DNA of 64,000 nt from Azolla caroliniana (taxonomy: Eukaryota > Plantae > Polypodiophyta). Positions 60,901 through 64,000 of the stretch are shown in pieces. Where the stretch lies: contig JBHGNT010000006.1 in NCBI GenBank assembly GCA_043228905.1, positions 8,618,001 to 8,682,000 on the forward strand. The letters are read 5' to 3'. Positions within the stretch are counted from its first letter, which is position 1; each line of letters begins with the position of its first letter. A model generated the notes under the pieces. It was not told where the DNA came from, ran no database searches, and was given only the letters and a program-made list of their open reading frames with translations. Both the position numbers and the translations under genes were made by a program.

Positions 60901-63900
60901 TCCTCGACAGTATGCCGACTGAAGAAGTCCCTTTACGGACTAAAGCAAGCCCCGCATGCCTGGAACGCGAAGATCACGCAACAACTACGTCGGATGGGCT
61001 TCGTCACGTCAAAATCGGACTCTTCCCTGTTCATCCAGAAAGGTCGACTCAGACCGGTTAGTATTTTACTATATGTTGATGACTTGGTCATCACCGGCGC
61101 CGACTAGGTGAAATCGACCGCGTGAAGCTCCAACTTGCGGCATCGTTTGACATGAAGGATCTGGGGGACCTTCATTACTTCCTCGGGATCGAAGTGATCC
61201 GTACCCCCAAAGGCATATTGATCAGCCAACGTCATTACGTGCTGAGTATGCTCTTCAAATTCGGGATGGCCGACTGTAAGTCCGTCTCGACTCCTCTGGA
61301 CAGAACCGTCAAGCTTCATCTCGATACGGGAAAGGTATGCAACCCGATGAGGTTCCGATAAATTGTCGGAAGCCTCATATACTTGACCATCACCCGACCC
61401 GACCTCAGTTATCCGGTCGGAGTGATCAATCAATTCATGGCGCGACCTACTGAGGAGCACCTTCAGTGTGCGCAACGCATACTTCGGTATGTCAACGGCA
61501 CTAAGGACCGGGGACTGCTATATCGGACCGGTGCAACCACGCAGTTAGTCAGCTACACCGATGTTGATTGGGCTGGCAACGCCGCCGATCACCGATCCAC
61601 CTCCGGATACACATTCTCCCTCGGGAGTGCCGCGATCGCGTGGAGCAGTAAGAAGCAGCCGACAGTTGCACTGTCGAGCACCGAAGCTAAGTACCAAGGA
61701 GCGGCTGTCGCGACATGCGAAGCCATATGGTTGAAGCGGCTACTTAAGGACCTGCAAGAGGAGGTGTGAGATCTTACGACGATCTACTGCGACAATCTCA
61801 GCAACATCCAGCTCGCGAAAAACCCCGTTTTTCATGCACGGACCAAGCACATTGAGGTGCACTACCATTTCGTCCGTGAGCGTGTCCTTTCCGGTGAAGT
61901 CGAACTTCAGTACGTTCCGACGGATCGGCAGCCTGCCGACATCTTCACCAAGCCTCTTGGTCTGGACAAGTTGCGGCAATTCTCAGGTGCGCTCGGATTG
62001 CGTCACCTCGACGTGCCACTTGAGGGGGAGAACAGTCCCAAACGACCAAGCAAGGCAGCAGGAAAGGAGCGGAGACCGCGACACCACTGAGTCGGTTGAT
62101 TCGGTTGTCGAGTTCGACTTCGGATCGGTTGAAGAAGCCGAGGGCGGACCCACGGAAAAGTTCAGAAGCGGACAGAAGGGGAGCAGCCGAAGGAGAGAGC
62201 CGAAGCCAACCATGCATGGGGAAGATGACACCATCGAGGGCGAGAAGACCGAAGACAAGTTGGAGACGGCCAACTCGGACGAGAGCGAAAACTGATCGGA
62301 GGTAGCCGAGTCGGTTCGGATGTTTGATTCAGATACGCTGAATCAACCGAGGCCCAAGCGGAAGAAAAGGCAGCAGAAGAAGCGTCAACACCGCAACAAC
62401 AGAAGAGCTGATAAGGGCCACATGAGCAAACAAGCCGACCGGAAGGGTCGAAGCGCGTGGAGTCGAACAGGTCGTGGAGCGTGAGCGAGGCGTGAAGCCA
62501 GGAGGAACCAGAGTTGTGAGCCCGAAGATCCCGAAGAGCCTCAAGTTGAGCTTGAGGGGGAGTGTTGAGAGACAAGCTCAACATCGGCCGGATCGGCCGA
62601 AGAAGCCGAGGACCGGATCGGTTGGGACCAATCGGTTAGGCCGAATGCGTAAACCGGTACGCAGACCGGTGCGTAGGTAGGGCCGGATCGGTGCGTAAAC
62701 CGGGAGGCCGTTAGGAAAGATATTCCGTGAGGAATATATTTGGGAGTTAGTGTAGGAGCTCTTAATGAGCATTGAAGAACTGTCAGTACTTCGGTCAGTC
62801 CTTCTAGGACTTGTATAAAAGTGTTCATTGAACACACATATGTATAGAGTGTGGTGTATAGAGATTGAGTACCCCTTTTTGAATATAGTTCTTGTTTTTC
62901 CTCTCTCTCTCTCACTCTCTATGTCTCTCCCACGTATACTGCGTAAGCTCAAGCTCTCCATTAAACCTGAGTTTTCTTCCTTCTGTTCGGTCTTCATACT
63001 TGCTTCCGCACGTTACTTTTTACATACACTAATTTCCTATAAAATGTAAATGAAAATAATATCCTACGTATTACAATAGATGATCTAATGGTCAAGAGCT
63101 CAACCCATATAACCTAAGGTCATGGGTTTGAGTCTTACCATATCATGACAGGAGATTGCCAGTTGTTCCTGGTGCTTTGCACAACAGGTCGTGAGTGGGG
63201 AGCATTCACCATTTAGACATGTAGTCATTTCCAGGGATGGAATGTTGGTCCAAATCCAAGAGTGGAGTTTGTGGGCTTTCCGGTGAGCTTCAATCATCCC
63301 TTCCTGATTCTCATAGAAATAGAAGAATCCTAGAGTTAGTTGGGTGTCTATGATAGTCCGTAGGTGGATGTGGCAGAGATGAGGTTCCTCTTCATCCATG
63401 GTGCACCAAAACTCTATGTTATTCCAATGCTTCTTTAGTTTGTTCAGGAGGGCGTCATCTCTTATTTTAGTTACAAAACAGACTGCTTGACTACATAGGG
63501 TATCTTTGATCTTGGACTTGGACCAATCCTCTTGTGCTGGAAGCAAGAGTGGAAAAGAGATTGAGGTCATCGGTACTCCATTCTTGTGGACCGCCGATAC
63601 ATGTACCCTTATTCTGTCCACTGTCGTATGCCCTATACCTAGCCATTTCAGGGCATTTTGCGGGTATGGTTCAAGGTCCTAGCTAGATGTATCACACTCA
63701 TTTATGTATGGGAAGGTTATGATCTGAGGTGTGATATTCACACTACTGCCTTGGTTTGTTGTTTCTCCATTGGGTGCAGTTCCGTTAAAGCTCCGCATTA
63801 GGGTCTTAACATGACTAATCCTTTGCCGCTTCCCTGTTTTGTAAGCTTTAACGAGGATTTTCTCTTGTGTGTTTGGAGTCACCCTGGGCCTTTCCTTGGG

Positions 63901-64000
63901 GCTTAAGAAAGAACTAGGGGAGTGTTCATCTGTGGGGGGGAGCTCTTGTAGTAGATCAAAACGATTAGGGCTAACTAGCGATGAAGGATGTTGTGACTGT

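Larger units (their letters stand above)
50342..63024 (+). mobile_element. Degenerate Ty1/copia element related to 39234-45617
   Basis: LTRs 50342-50805 and 62563-63024; TSD TACAC 50337-50341 / 63025-63029; PBS 50806; gag start 50878; pol remnants 58532-62030. Confidence 0.93.
50030..63150 (-). mobile_element. Solo LTR of the chromovirus family (50030-50341 + 63030-63150), split by a copia element
   Basis: Homologous to 27364-27808; perfect TSD GGAGA 50025-50029 / 63151-63155. Confidence 0.92.
44981..64000 (-). mobile_element. Degenerate LINE (ORF2 50013 to about 44981, ORF1 63151 to window end), host of the nested cluster
   Basis: MSMKIVTWN, NVYAPN..IGGDFN, SDDY (endonuclease); QTGFI..LLDFEKAYDRVCW, EFADD (RT); PKSRGGLGL; CVEC..; LWILWKQR|CRRVFS continuous across the LTR at 45220-45617. 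Confidence 0.88.

Overview
Eukaryotic, transposon-dense plant genomic DNA, most likely from a non-seed land plant (fern, lycophyte or bryophyte; inferred from a Tcn1-type chromovirus and a DOG1+ankyrin gene). Two host genes are supported, both on the minus strand: a 6-exon DOG1-domain/ankyrin-repeat gene (11146-14398, 475 aa, ABRE cluster upstream) and a single-ORF coiled-coil tail-anchored protein (22636-24225). The rest is three decayed LINEs, five Ty1/copia elements (one with an intact 1358-aa ORF), a chromodomain Ty3/gypsy element plus its solo LTR, a second gypsy fragment and small insertions, nested up to five layers deep. Most notable: (i) a tRNA-like A-box/B-box module at the U3 end of all three chromovirus LTRs; (ii) a Tf1-like self-priming PBS and a GUUAAAC plus pseudoknot -1 frameshift signal in that element; (iii) a young copia with one truncated end and a 320-bp target duplication; (iv) ultra-short TGT...ACA palindromic insertions (136 and 35 bp) with target-site duplications; (v) a copy of upstream flank inside a 3' LTR that preserves empty sites. 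All calls were made by eye without database searches.
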